A stretch of 63,985 bases of DNA, counting the filler, from Licmophora abbreviata (Eukaryota), in NCBI GenBank assembly GCA_900291995.1. It is 11 parts of 11 records of this genome, joined end to end, with 100 filler letters (N's around TTAATTAATTAA, not from the genome) between each part and the next. Parts side by side here need not be neighbours in the genome. Positions count along the whole stretch, not along the records: positions 41,034 to 57,146 come from OLMU01002999.1; positions 57,247 to 62,836 come from OLMU01003001.1; 9 more parts are not named here. The stretch is one strand, 5' to 3'. The position numbers and the translations under genes were made by a program. The notes under the pieces were generated by a model. It saw nothing but the letters and a program-made list of their open reading frames with translations. It did no database searches and had not been told where the DNA came from. Shown one piece after another: positions 48,746 through 60,010 of this stretch (position 1 is its first letter; the number at the start of each line of letters is the position of its first letter).

Positions 48746-50001
48746 ATGACCATGCCGTCTTCTTCTAGCGACAACAGGTCGTCTGAAGTACCGCTGGCCA
48801 CCAGTAGTCAAGGGGCGCATATGTCGGGCAAGGCAGGAAGCTCGTCTGTTGGGCAGCGCCGTCGCTGGAGTTTCGGAACTGGCGCTCTTTCACCCAATTG
48901 ACACAGTCGCCAAGCGACTTATGACCAACGAAACTCAGCTCCTTGTCGGAAACTTTAGTAGCACGGCGCACAATTTGAATCAAGCAGTCTTTCGAGAAGC
49001 TGCAGCGGGATCTCCTTTCCGCAAGGTCGGAAGTCTCTTCCCAGGAGTTGGATTCGGAGCCGCTTACAAGATTCTTCAGCGAGTTTATAAGTTTGGAGGA
49101 CAGCCGGTGGCTCGAGAGTGGATGACTCAAAAATATGGTACAGACATGCACGAGCGCTTTGGGCCTGACTTGGGCAAGACTCTCATCTCGGCCACTGCCG
49201 GTTCCTTGATTGGCATCGGTGAAGTCGCATTGCTGTAAGTGCGAATTCCTAATGATGTGATGTGTGACTCGATACTATTCTAGGATGTCTCAAGAGCGAC
49301 GTTGATTCCTCCTTTGTGATACAGACCACTTGATGCACTGAAGGTAAAGGCACAAACGAATCCGGAACAGCTTCGTGGACGTGGCGTTGTCGACATTTTC
49401 GCAAAGGAAGGCTTTGGCCTGTATCGTGGTGCCGGATGGACCATGGCCCGAAACGCCCCCGGATCGTTCGCCTTATTTGGAGGTAATGCGGCTGCAAAAG
49501 ACATGATGGGTATTGAAGAGACACAGCAGGCGACGGTACGTACGGCGTGATGCATGATGAGGTGATTCGTTCGCTCCTGCCTACGTCGTACAATGCTCAA
49601 CGAGTGCTCGCTACTTTCATCCAGTGGACGCAAGATGCGATTGCTTCGTGCTGCGGTGCCATCGCTTCCATTTCAGTAGCGCAGCCCCTCGATGTCATAA
49701 AGGTATGCTAGCTGTTTGGCCTCCTCTCGTAATTGAAATTGTGTTGTGCTTTCTGCCTGGTATGCTTTCGCTGCTGTCCTCAACCGTCACTACGTTGCTA
49801 CAGACTCGCATTCAACATCGCCACTTCGACTCACCTGAATCGGGACGATCCATCGTTATCAATCTCATCCGAAACGAGGGTTTTGGAGCCTTCTTCAAGG
49901 GCCTTACTCCCAAGATATTGGTGGTCGGACCCAAACTTGTCTTTAGCTTTACTGTAGCGCAGCACACCATTGGATACTTTACCAAGCTTTGGAAGGATTG
50001 A
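48746..50001 (+). CDS. GGC1: Mitochondrial GTP/GDP carrier (Ggc1/Yhm1-like); multi-exon, 5' frame break near 48835
   Basis: ARLLGSAVAGVSELALFHPIDTVAKRLM, AYKILQRVYKFGGQP, GSLIGIGEVALLPLDALK, RNAPGSFALFGG, AFFKGLTPKILVVGPKLVFSF. Confidence 0.88.
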
Positions 50002-50444
50002 GTTGGAAAGCGCTTCGCAATTGTTGCAGTGGTGAAGCAGGAGAATGTTCGTATATGTTTCGTTCATTTAGTTACTATCCCAAAGGGTATTCCATGTCGT
50101 CTTATATGTATCATAACCACCCGTACATGCACAGAAACGAGACCATAGCTTTCACGGCATTCACAATCTGCGGAGGTGTAGAGTCAGATCTTGCGTAGGA
50201 GCAGGATGCTCGTAACATTACGAAGCTACCACGAGTGCAAATGCGTCGCCGTCTCTTGTCATGAATCGTACTGGAGTAGCATCAAGTCTACCCCGGTCTA
50301 GTCAATACTCGTAAGTCTTCCGGCGTCGCGGAATCTGACGCAAACGGAATCTTGCCGACAGCGATGATCGCGTCGTCGTCAGCAAAGATAGACGCGTTGC
50401 TGCAACCCATATTGCAACTCTGATGTCGCTCCGCTCTTCACACT

Positions 50445-51401
50445 ATGTTCACCAGGCTTTCAAGTTTCGTGGTTCTTGCATTTGCTGCTCCAGCTGGCTC
50501 GTTCGTGATTCCCTATCGTACTTCCCACAAGTCAAGTTGTCGCCTGAAAATGTCGCCTACAGAGCCGTCGTATAGGCTCGACCCCTCAGAGACGGCCGTC
50601 GTCTTTATCGAGTATCAAAATGACTTCACCACGGCAGGGGGGAAGCTATACGACGCCGTCAAGGATTGTATGGCCGTGACTGGTACCTTGGAGAACTCCA
50701 AGAAAGCTATGGTAGCAGCACGCAACGCCGGTTGCACCATTATCCATTGCCCGATTATGTTCGAAAAGGTAAGTGAGATAGTAGAGGCATACATGTTTGA
50801 GAGATAGGGGCAAGATATAGCGGCATCGTACTCAGAGTAGCATTTCGAATTGCTTTTTCTGGTTTCATCTCCCAGGGCCACAAGGAGATTTCGTCCAATC
50901 CGTATGGTATTCTAGCTGGTGTCAAAGAGGGTGCCGCCTTCGAGGTAGGCGACTGGGGTTCGGAGATTTGTGTGACCATGAAGCCGCAGGAGGGCGACTT
51001 GGTCGTCAAGGGGAAATCTGGACTTTGCGGGTTCCACTCAACTAATCTGGACTTTTTGCTCCGTCAGAACGACATCAAGAACGTGGCGTTGGCAGGCTTT
51101 CTCACCAACTGCTGCGTTGAGAGCTCCATGCGGACTGCTTATGAACATGGATACCGGGTACGTAGATGTCTGAGTGACCGTGTGCGGATGGTCTGAATGA
51201 TGTACTGTCATGATAAGACGTACTGATCTTGCTGATGTCTCAAACTTGCTGGCCTGCTAGGTTTACACACTGAAGGATTGTTGCGCGGCTACGAGTGTGG
51301 CTGGACAGGAGGCGGCGTTCGAGCACACCTTTGGTATGTTCTCAGTTCCGACCACCAGTGATGAGCTCATTGCGTCAGTGCAGGCTCCTGTCGTGGCGTA
51401 G
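50445..51401 (+). CDS. Isochorismatase-family cysteine hydrolase, probably plastid-targeted; 3 exons
   Basis: IEYQNDF, KSGLCGF, LAGFLTNCCVESSMRTAYEHGY; AGS-F presequence; introns 50769-50875 and 51158-51260. Confidence 0.88.
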
Positions 51402-51557
51402 AGAGGACGGCGATAGAGTCGCCAACGCCTTTCGTAGACGGCAGCGTTCAGCTATCGCGTACGATACAAATCATGTGTACATGTACAAACTACAGATGCA
51501 TTGCAGTGTAGTAGTCACAGGAGACTGATACTTGATCAATGATAACGCTAATTCAAT

Positions 51558-52628
51558 TCAAACTTGCGCCTTTCCTTTATCAAGCACGAGACGCTGGTCA
51601 TTCTCGCTCCACTTGAACCCGTAGTGATCGAGAATGATCTGCGACTTGAGATGGATGGGAGGATCCTGGTGCATATCGGGTGCATACTTGTTGGTCAGGT
51701 GATTGACCATGAGAGCTCGCATATCTGCCACAGGCACAACAAAACGACCAAAGTGTCTCCCAAGAAAGTAGAGCCCAAGGCATCTCTCCCGAGGATAGAT
51801 TGGAGTGTTTGGACCACCGAAAATAGTTTGCTCAGTCGATTGTGAGGACCATTCGTTTGCATTTATCAGTGTCTGAACTTGCTGTCGAGAGAGAAAGAAG
51901 CCGCAGTGATAGAATGGAGGATCAAATAAATACCAGTTTTCCCCTGCCTTTCCAAGACTCCCGAACGTTGTTGCATTTACACCGACAGTCCCCCAAGACG
52001 ACAAGCTCTGGCCTCCCTCGTCTTGATCGTAAATGAGCCAACCAGTAAAGGTCTTCAGGTCAGGCATGTCCTCGCGAAGCTGTTGATCGAGTCGGATACG
52101 AAGTCTCAAGTGACTTGGGCGGATATCTATGTCATCTTCGGTCACCAAGAAATAGTCAAAGTCGTTGAGGCGGTTGGTGATGAAATCTCGAGGTTGGCAT
52201 GGCAGTCGATCTCCAATCTGAGGACGAAACTGATGATATCGAACGGGAATGCTGGCACCAGCACGTTCGCAATACAGTATACCATCATCCGTTAACATTT
52301 GGAAAGGCTTGAGATCCTCTTCCGCTGTGAATATATGCAGCTCCATTTCGAACCCAGCCTCGCACATATCACGAACGTTCTGGACGAGATGAGCTTGGTG
52401 CCTGAATTTATGGTCGTATGTGTAAGCAATCAAGTTGTACATGACTCGAAGTGGTTTGTCATTCTTAGCTTGCTGTGTCTTTGGGTCGTTGATTACTCTC
52501 CCCATCAGTAACCTTCGACGCCCACCATCATTGTGGCTGAGTTTCGATGACTTCTTCAAGTTGACAGAAATGACCAGCAGTGTCGTGACGACGACAAGGA
52601 GCAACGCAACGCCAACCTTCATCTCCAT
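51558..52628 (-). CDS. Type II membrane protein, possible GT-A fold glycosyltransferase
   Basis: N-terminal TM, stem, FDYFLVTEDDI (acidic DxD-like motif), late H in VNHLTNKY. Confidence 0.55.
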   Translation of the reverse strand: MEMKVGVALLLVVVTTLLVISVNLKKSSKLSHNDGGRRRLLMGRVINDPKTQQAKNDKPLRVMYNLIAYTYDHKFRHQAHLVQNVRDMCEAGFEMELHIFTAEEDLKPFQMLTDDGILYCERAGASIPVRYHQFRPQIGDRLPCQPRDFITNRLNDFDYFLVTEDDIDIRPSHLRLRIRLDQQLREDMPDLKTFTGWLIYDQDEGGQSLSSWGTVGVNATTFGSLGKAGENWYLFDPPFYHCGFFLSRQQVQTLINANEWSSQSTEQTIFGGPNTPIYPRERCLGLYFLGRHFGRFVVPVADMRALMVNHLTNKYAPDMHQDPPIHLKSQIILDHYGFKWSENDQRLVLDKGKAQV

Positions 52629-53058
52629 CTTCGATACCACATTACGCTGCCGTCAGTCGCCGGTTCTCTCGCAGTCATTGCGATCGTCAAGAAATGCCCC
52701 CGTCTTTGTTGCAGGCTTCGTGGCAATGAGGCCGGAATGGTGTCTTTTCTCTAGAAAACAGGATGAGAGTGAGAGACATCGGTGGCCTGTCGGACCGGAC
52801 ATTTTGTGCGGTCCGCCCGGCGCGCGACTCTCACATGATTGGCGGGCTCACGCGCTCCCGCCGGCGCGAAGAGCTGGACACCGGCGGAAAGTCTACGAGT
52901 TAAGTCCCGTCACACGACGACACATCAACCACACCACACGGCCACAACCTGATCCATCTCTATGATTGGTACGTCGTAAAGGAAAAGCTGAAAAGCGAAG
53001 AAGCTGGATCGGAGATCTGGATCGACTCCCTTGTGACATCGGTACCGATAGTGCGGCA

Positions 53059-54132
53059 ATGAAGAATTGGCGTGCCTGTAGAGTGTCAATTGTCGTCTCT
53101 GTGGCTCTGAGTATCGCGGGGAAATCTGCCGCGATTGGATGCGAATCCCTCCAGAGGCGTGGCGTCTTCATTGACACAATCCGAGCGACGTCGGATACGA
53201 CTCGCCTCATCGCCACTGTTAACCTATACAAGGATAACGGTGATATTGTGGGGACAAAGGAAGCTACTATTCATCTGGAAACTGGGACGGTCGTGGAGGG
53301 ATTCGATGCTCCGGATGGGACCACTGTCCAAAGTTCAGGGCTGGGAGCGTCTCTTGATTTTTCCAAGTACAAATACGTTCTTGACGTGGACCCGAACAGT
53401 CAAGAGTACCTTGGGAGCGTCGTTGATAGCCAGACGGGAGAAAAGATTACTTTTGCTTTGCCGGATTTGAAGCAGAATGATATTGGCCAGGAAGTTGTTC
53501 TCTGGTTCGTCTCGCAACACCTCCAACGTACCTATGTCTTTTACGAGTACATTTTCTTTAGCCCGGAGACGCTTCAGAGATTAGCGGGAAGCGCGCCACA
53601 GGTCGTCGCTGTGGTGGCTCCCATTCCTGGAGGAGAAGGGGCGGTCACCTATCTTGCATACGAAAACTTCCTAGAGTCGATCTCGTTTGGAGGCGGTGAT
53701 GGGTTCGATGGTCGCATGACAGTCTTTGAGGACCTGCGGTTGGCGGTTGTGCCACAGAACACCTGCACCGCGACAACCATGTACTACAAAACGAACGGTG
53801 TCGAGCTTCGCAATCTCGGATCGGGTCCATTCGACGTCGGAGGCATGACGGCGGCTGCAGAACCGGGTGCGGACTTTGTATACAAAGCAGATCATGCTGT
53901 GCTCATGGGACGACCAAATGGATATGTCGTCTACAAGACCAACCTCTGGACCGGGGAGCAGACAGAATTTCCACTCAACGCAGACCAAGTCCTCGGATTG
54001 TTTGGACAAATACCTATTCCTGTGGACAATGCCAGTGGCAAGACTTCAGCTGCCTCATGGAAATCCCTCGCTTCGACATGCTCGTTCTACATTGCCCTCA
54101 CTTCATTTTACTTCTACACGATACTTTGCTAG
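53059..54132 (+). CDS. Hypothetical secreted/surface protein with hydrophobic C-terminus
   Basis: Signal peptide, beta-rich body, small-residue site (TSAAS) followed by hydrophobic tail. Confidence 0.7.
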   Translation: MKNWRACRVSIVVSVALSIAGKSAAIGCESLQRRGVFIDTIRATSDTTRLIATVNLYKDNGDIVGTKEATIHLETGTVVEGFDAPDGTTVQSSGLGASLDFSKYKYVLDVDPNSQEYLGSVVDSQTGEKITFALPDLKQNDIGQEVVLWFVSQHLQRTYVFYEYIFFSPETLQRLAGSAPQVVAVVAPIPGGEGAVTYLAYENFLESISFGGGDGFDGRMTVFEDLRLAVVPQNTCTATTMYYKTNGVELRNLGSGPFDVGGMTAAAEPGADFVYKADHAVLMGRPNGYVVYKTNLWTGEQTEFPLNADQVLGLFGQIPIPVDNASGKTSAASWKSLASTCSFYIALTSFYFYTILC

Positions 54133-54210
54133 GTCCGACCAACCTATCACAACGCGAGTATATGCCGCGTCCCTCGCTACATTTGTATTACCTCTATACT
54201 GTTGTACATG

Positions 54211-56095
54211 CTAGTCTGCCTTCTTATTCACATACTCCTGCAATTCTTCCTGTACCGGACCTGGGTCTTCTTCTCGTACTGGATCTTCCTCGCGTTTCAA
54301 TACCACTGGATCCTCATGTTCTTCCTCTAACGAAGGTAGATCCATTGTCTTGACTTCATCGGTGATTGTCCACCACGAATCTGGATGAAAACCTGCATAC
54401 ATCTGAATCAACGCTTCGTTGAATTGAGCTTGAAAGTTGTTGAGAGGAATGTCGTTTGGTACATTCTCGAACGGTGCCTCCAGTTCACGGGCCACCTCGT
54501 GGAGACCCACAAAGCAAAGTACCGTAATGAAATTCAGGAAAAGAGCGTACGCTGCGTTGTTCACGTACGCGTAAAACAAGAGCGGAAAGACAAAGATGAT
54601 CACACAAATGAAAATGACCGTCATTTGCGCGTGAGGGAATGGATGGGCAATGTACGCAATTTTCCGACATTGGTTGTATCCCATATTGCCGTCGCTCAAG
54701 AACTGATAAAGGCGAGAGATGATGGGTGGCGCGACACCTCCTGTGCTTCCCGCCAAGTACTCGCGGCTAATAAATTCTTGCACCCACATGGAGCACAAGG
54801 AAACCTTCGCATATGGACCACGCGCCTCCTTCAACTGCTGGATCTCCGAGTCACTGACGCCTCCGAGCACGCGAAAGGGTCGCGCTGCGTTGTAGAGCGT
54901 TCGATGACGCGCGCTGCGAGACATACCCAGTAGAAAGTAGATCACACGCCACACCCTAGAGTCTTCATGATACTGAACGCGGATTTCGTCGCCTAGTTTG
55001 TCGGGATCCACTGGCGGCCAGGATCGTCCCGGGATATGTTCTACAAGCGGAGGGTCGATACCTTCCACATCACGTCGTAGCGTGCTCATAGACACGGCAG
55101 ATAGCAAACTCAGCAAGTGTGCGGTCTCCTGTAGAAATAACGAGGGATCGGAGCGCGTCACGTCCGTACTTTCTGATATCGCATCGTCTTCACTGAAGCT
55201 ACCGAAGAGTTCGCGCTGACTTGCACGATTGCTAGCATCGGACGAAGTCGAATGCATCAAACTACGTCGTGGGACACGGACGCCATAGCCAGCATACTGA
55301 TAGTCAGAGAGGCTCTCAAAGTCAGCCTGGGAGAGATTGATACTCTTTGTTGCTGTTCGTTTGCGGACGTGGGTTGGTTTCTTCAGTTTCTGGGGTTTCT
55401 CCTTTGTTTTCTTCTCGTGTTGCTCCGTGTCCGTATGGTGCCTGTTGCCACCACCAAGACGTTGTATGCCATGAATGCTGCGAGAAAATAATCGCTCATA
55501 GAATCTCCTTTTCTCCTCTTTGGTCTCTTGCTTCTGCTCTTTCAATCCGTTTTCCAATGAGCTTTCAAGCTGAGCCATGTTGACTCTGGTCTCGCGCTCT
55601 CTTTCCCTCGTGAGATTCTTGAGCTTGGCGTTTTTTCCAAAGGACGGAGGCCGCACGTCGTCGTACTGCCCACACTGGTAGTGATACGCAGCCAAGTTCA
55701 TGCCGACATCTATCCACTTGGAAATCATATGGTGAACTGCCGTCGCTCCCTCCCAGTACTACAGTAAAATGCGAGACGAAAGAGAAACGCAAGATCAGTA
55801 TGGGTACCGTAGGTTTGCCCTCCGAACTCGGTATCGAAAGACTTACTCGCCCGTATGCGAAGTTCGCTCGGTACGTAACGAGAAAGGTAAAGAAGACAAT
55901 TAATACTTGAATTGGATAAGGATGAAGGAAACTCGCACTTTCATCATTGTCGTCCAGGTGCTGACCAAAGCCAAAGATAGCAATAGACAGAATTGCTGTA
56001 GAGAATGCAGCAGGAATAAGCCCTTTCGCAACAGCAGATCCTCGGAAACGGATCAGCGTTGCAAACCCGAAGAAATCTGAACGATGTGTAATCAT
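54211..56095 (-). CDS. Bestrophin-family (UPF0187/VCCN-like) anion channel, paralog A; 2 exons
   Basis: FLVTYRANFAYGRYWEG, PFPHAQM, GLHEVARELEAPF...NDIPL; intron 55759-55846. Confidence 0.85.
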
Positions 56096-56431
56096 GGCTG
56101 CAGCCAAACTGAGTCGCTGGGACGATATTGGCCTGCTGCCGGTGGTGATACGGCAAACGCGTCCTCACATTGAACATGGTCCAATTCGGTGCGCGGCGAA
56201 TTTGGAAGTTGAGATCGAGTCGAGTCGTGCTTTGCATAGTCGCATGATGTCACATTGCAGCCAATACTTAAACAGAACACGGACTGTAGTGCTCACCGCT
56301 TCAAATTTCCCATTTTCAACTTCCGAAATTCATCGACGATTTACAACTCTCGCCCCCTCTCACCAAAGTACTCTGTGTGTTTCAGTCATCACTCCCGACT
56401 TGACAGCGTTTTACACTGCACAGTCGCATTG

Positions 56432-57146
56432 ATGATTGTGTACGACTCCGGTGCCTTTGGCTTTCGATTGCTGTTTCGACTGCATGGATCGGCAGTCTTC
56501 AAAGCTCTTCTGCCGTCCGTGATTTCCACAGCGGCTTATCTGATTCTCTTTGAGACTACCAATATCCACGAAGATGATAAGCGCTTGTTCGACCATCCGT
56601 ATCCTATGTCAGCTTTGCTTGTGGCGTTCTCCTTCTTATTGACCTTCAAAATGAGCTTTTCGTACAATCGAGTAAGTTTCCCCGAACTGCATGCAGAATC
56701 GTCTACGACGCCTGTGCGCTGCCTCTACTACCTTTTCCTTGTTGCTAACACTCTTCATTCCCCCTTCAAAAAGTATTGGGAAGCAATGACGGCAGTGCAT
56801 CAAATGCAGTCCAAGTGGATGGACGCGGCGACAGAGCTGGCAGCCTTTCACTATCAAGCGTCGGGGTACAACAAACCTCCGGCGTTTGGTGAACATCCCG
56901 AAATTACCGAGCTCTTGCGTGAACGAGAACGTCTGGAGGAACCAACATTGGCTCAGATGGAAGAGCAGATCAACAAAATCACAACAGAGTCGGGCGTGAA
57001 TCAGTCCCTTCGAAGTCGATTTCGTCTCAACAGAGCTCGGGGGTCCATGACTCTGTCCAAGGAAGATATTCTAGCTTCTATGAAAGAGAGTGACAGTGAT
57101 GAGGTGAAAGACAACAATAACTCTGAGGAAGAGAATAGGAAGAATG
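56432..57146 (+). CDS. Bestrophin-family channel, paralog B; 3' part in gap
   Basis: MIVYDSGAFGFRLLFRLHGSAV, HPYP, FLLTFKMSFSYNRYWEA, MQSKW aligns with paralog A; intron about 56672-56773. Confidence 0.82.
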
Positions 57147-57246
57147 NNNNNNNNNNNNNNNNNNNNNNNNNNNNNNNNNNNNNNNNNNNNTTAATTAATT
57201 AANNNNNNNNNNNNNNNNNNNNNNNNNNNNNNNNNNNNNNNNNNNN
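57147..57246. other. Artificial assembly spacer
   Basis: N-run with TTAATTAATTAA. Confidence 0.98.
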
Positions 57247-57310
57247 ATCTTCTGTATCCGTCTTCCCTCCTATCTATCCAGAACCGTACGACTATAAGTT
57301 CGAATAGGTC

Positions 57311-57366
57311 GACTCACTCGACTATGATGAGCGACGGACTCACTCGACTCGACTCGACTCACTCGA
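57311..57366 (+). repeat. GACTC/CACTC short-unit repeat upstream of thioredoxin-fold gene
   Basis: gactcactcgact...gactcactcgactcgactcgactcactcga. Confidence 0.8.
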
Positions 57367-57542
57367 TCTTTATGATCTCGATAAACGATTCGACGCTGCG
57401 TCCTCACGCCGCATGTATCCTAACAAAAGGGTGATTTCCGCATCTCACGCTGCTCGAAAACTCGTCTGTAGTAATAGCCAACGCAAACCCTGACTAGAGA
57501 GCGGGCTGCCATCAGTTCGTGATCGCGATCAACAGACTCGCA

Positions 57543-58079
57543 ATGAGTACCAAGAATTCCTGGAAAGTATTTTTCGATCTACAGTGTCCGTACTCTCGCA
57601 AGTGTTGGCAAAACCTTCCCGCCATTAAGGAACGCTTTGGCGGATCCTATGATATCTCTGTTTCGTATACCAGTCTTGCGTTTCACCCACAGGCTTTCAC
57701 TGCACAGTGTGCAGCCACTCTCGTCGGAACGCTGAAGGGCGAGGAGGCGCGCCGCAAGTACCAAGATACATGCTTCGAGAATCAAGAATTGTACATGAAC
57801 GCCGACTTGGGAGACGCGCGAAAGTCTGAAATCAAGGCAGTGTTTGCTCTGATTGCAGAGAGAGCTGGTGTTCTGGATGGCGATTTTACCGAGGAGACGT
57901 TCGTCGCCAAGATTGACGACTGGGAACTTGCAGTCAAGCCGGCGTACACGGAACACAAATACGCTCTTGGATACCAGGTTTACGGAACACCAAAGCATGT
58001 CATTGATGAGAAGCTTATTCCAGATACAGAGAGCACATGGGGTCCGGAAGAATGGGAAAATGTTCTGGAAAAGCTTTAG
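57543..58079 (+). CDS. Thioredoxin-fold (DsbA-like) protein with CxxS motif
   Basis: FFDLQCPYSRK, FHPQ, VYGTP (cis-Pro loop). Confidence 0.82.
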   Translation: MSTKNSWKVFFDLQCPYSRKCWQNLPAIKERFGGSYDISVSYTSLAFHPQAFTAQCAATLVGTLKGEEARRKYQDTCFENQELYMNADLGDARKSEIKAVFALIAERAGVLDGDFTEETFVAKIDDWELAVKPAYTEHKYALGYQVYGTPKHVIDEKLIPDTESTWGPEEWENVLEKL

Positions 58080-58797
58080 AGTAGGCGAATTGGTTGTCTA
58101 GCGCAAAGACGCTGATACTTTTGCCAGCTGCGAGTCGGAGCAATCTATTCCGTCAACCCCCGTTTCTAAAGTTAGATTGTATATCAGACATGCAATTGAG
58201 ATTAGATGTGTCCATTCAGCCACTATTCTTTGAAGGATGAGGAGTACCGACGGCCATGACAATCTCCTCCGACCACAAAGCGACATGTTCATCCTGCTCT
58301 GGAGACGCGCTCCCTACTCGACTTGCCAACAAATCTGCTCTTGATGCTCTCATCTCACCTCCATGGTCGTGCGGACGAGACTGCCGACATTTTCGTATCC
58401 GTCCGAGGAAACATGTCGAAACTATTGGTCGCCTTCAGCCTTCACCTCGGGAGTTGGGAAGCATCTTCATGTCTGTCAAGTCGGAAATCCTCTGATATGA
58501 CAGTTGTCCTCCTCCGCCACAATCGTGGCCACGAAAAGTTGCATGTTTGTCGGTGGTGCTCGTTTCAATTGAACGTATTGTCATGGTACTCTAAATCGAT
58601 GTTGTTTTCTTGGTTCAGACACTTCGACTCTCATGCTCCGGGTTTGTGACAATTTGGGTCATTCGTTTGTTATGATCTATGACTTCTGATACATCCACAT
58701 GTGTACATTGGGCCCAATACATTGAGTTGGTCACAAATTGAACAGGCTCAACGGCAATCGCCACCGCTGACGGCGACAGTGTTCCTCTTTGGCAAAC

Positions 58798-59919
58798 ATG
58801 ATGCATTCGATCAATTCTAGAATGATTGACACACGACAAGCCATACTGATCGATCGTCGATGCACTGTTGTCGTTACAGCACTCCTGTTGATGCTGATTT
58901 GCTTGTCTCCAGTGATGATGACCGATGGGTCTTCATCGTGGGAAGAAAAGCCAACAACTCCACAACCCCGGCGTCGCCTCTCCCAACAATTGAACCTACT
59001 TCCTGACAATAAACAAGAGAGGATAGTCGGTGGGTCTCCAGTAGGCCCCAACGAGTATCCCTTCATGGCCGCTCTCTACCAGTATGAGATTGATGTAGGT
59101 ATTGCTCCCGCGTGTGGAGGCTCACTCATAACCAGCAGCGTCGTTCTGACAGCTGCGCACTGCATCTCCGCTATTAACGCCGTCGAGCTCAACCGGTATG
59201 ATGTGAACGTTGATGATGGTGTCGAGCGATATACGAATTTGACAAAGCGAGAGCATCCCGACTTCAATAGGACAACCGTCGACAATGACGTGGGACTAAT
59301 CAAGCTACCAGTACCACATAGAAACCCTTCGCTCGCTGCCTTACGGCAGACTCCTGAAATACCAGAGGAACTTATGATTATGGGGTGGGGTTTGACGTCC
59401 TACCAAGGCGAACATTCGGATGTGATGCTTGGGGCGCAAGTCAAGAGGGTCGACGACGACGAATGCAATGCATCGTATCCGTCCGAGAACATTACTGACA
59501 CAATGGTTTGCTTCGCGGAACAAGATACGGACTCGTGCCAAGGTGACTCGGGCTCACCAGCTGTGATTGTAGGGCGAAACGTCCAAGTCGCTGTAGTCAG
59601 TTGGGGATACTCGTGTGCCGACGCTCGGTATCCCGGCGTCTACTCGCGAGTCGACCAAGCATACGACTGGATAGAGAATACAGTCTGCAACGATCTTAGT
59701 CCAGAAGACTGCGTCGATGGGAAGCTTCCGCACGTCGGCGCGGACGGTCAAGTTCTTGATTTCTCATGTGATGATAAGCCTCTGTTCCTGGGGCTTGGGA
59801 AGAAAATGAAGATTCGAGATTGCGACTGGGTAGGGGCAAGACCAGAACGCCGGTGCAAGTTCTACGGCGACCGCTACTGCCCAGCGACGTGCGATATCGA
59901 AAGATGCAAGTCGGGCTAG
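58798..59919 (+). CDS. Trypsin-like serine protease (S1) with C-terminal Cys-rich domain
   Basis: RIVGG, TAAHC, DNDVGL, DSCQGDSGSP, VVSWG, PGVYSRV; C-terminal C..CPATC. Confidence 0.93.
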   Translation: MMHSINSRMIDTRQAILIDRRCTVVVTALLLMLICLSPVMMTDGSSSWEEKPTTPQPRRRLSQQLNLLPDNKQERIVGGSPVGPNEYPFMAALYQYEIDVGIAPACGGSLITSSVVLTAAHCISAINAVELNRYDVNVDDGVERYTNLTKREHPDFNRTTVDNDVGLIKLPVPHRNPSLAALRQTPEIPEELMIMGWGLTSYQGEHSDVMLGAQVKRVDDDECNASYPSENITDTMVCFAEQDTDSCQGDSGSPAVIVGRNVQVAVVSWGYSCADARYPGVYSRVDQAYDWIENTVCNDLSPEDCVDGKLPHVGADGQVLDFSCDDKPLFLGLGKKMKIRDCDWVGARPERRCKFYGDRYCPATCDIERCKSG

Positions 59920-60010
59920 TGGTCTGAGATATCAAACAGAATGTATCAATTAAATAAAGGGCACGGAAGGACAAAGTTCAACGCGACCATGTGGCGACGT
60001 ATCGACCATG

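Noticed and set aside
58080..58790. Short overlapping ORFs between thioredoxin-fold and trypsin genes
   Set aside because: No homology cues; treated as intergenic
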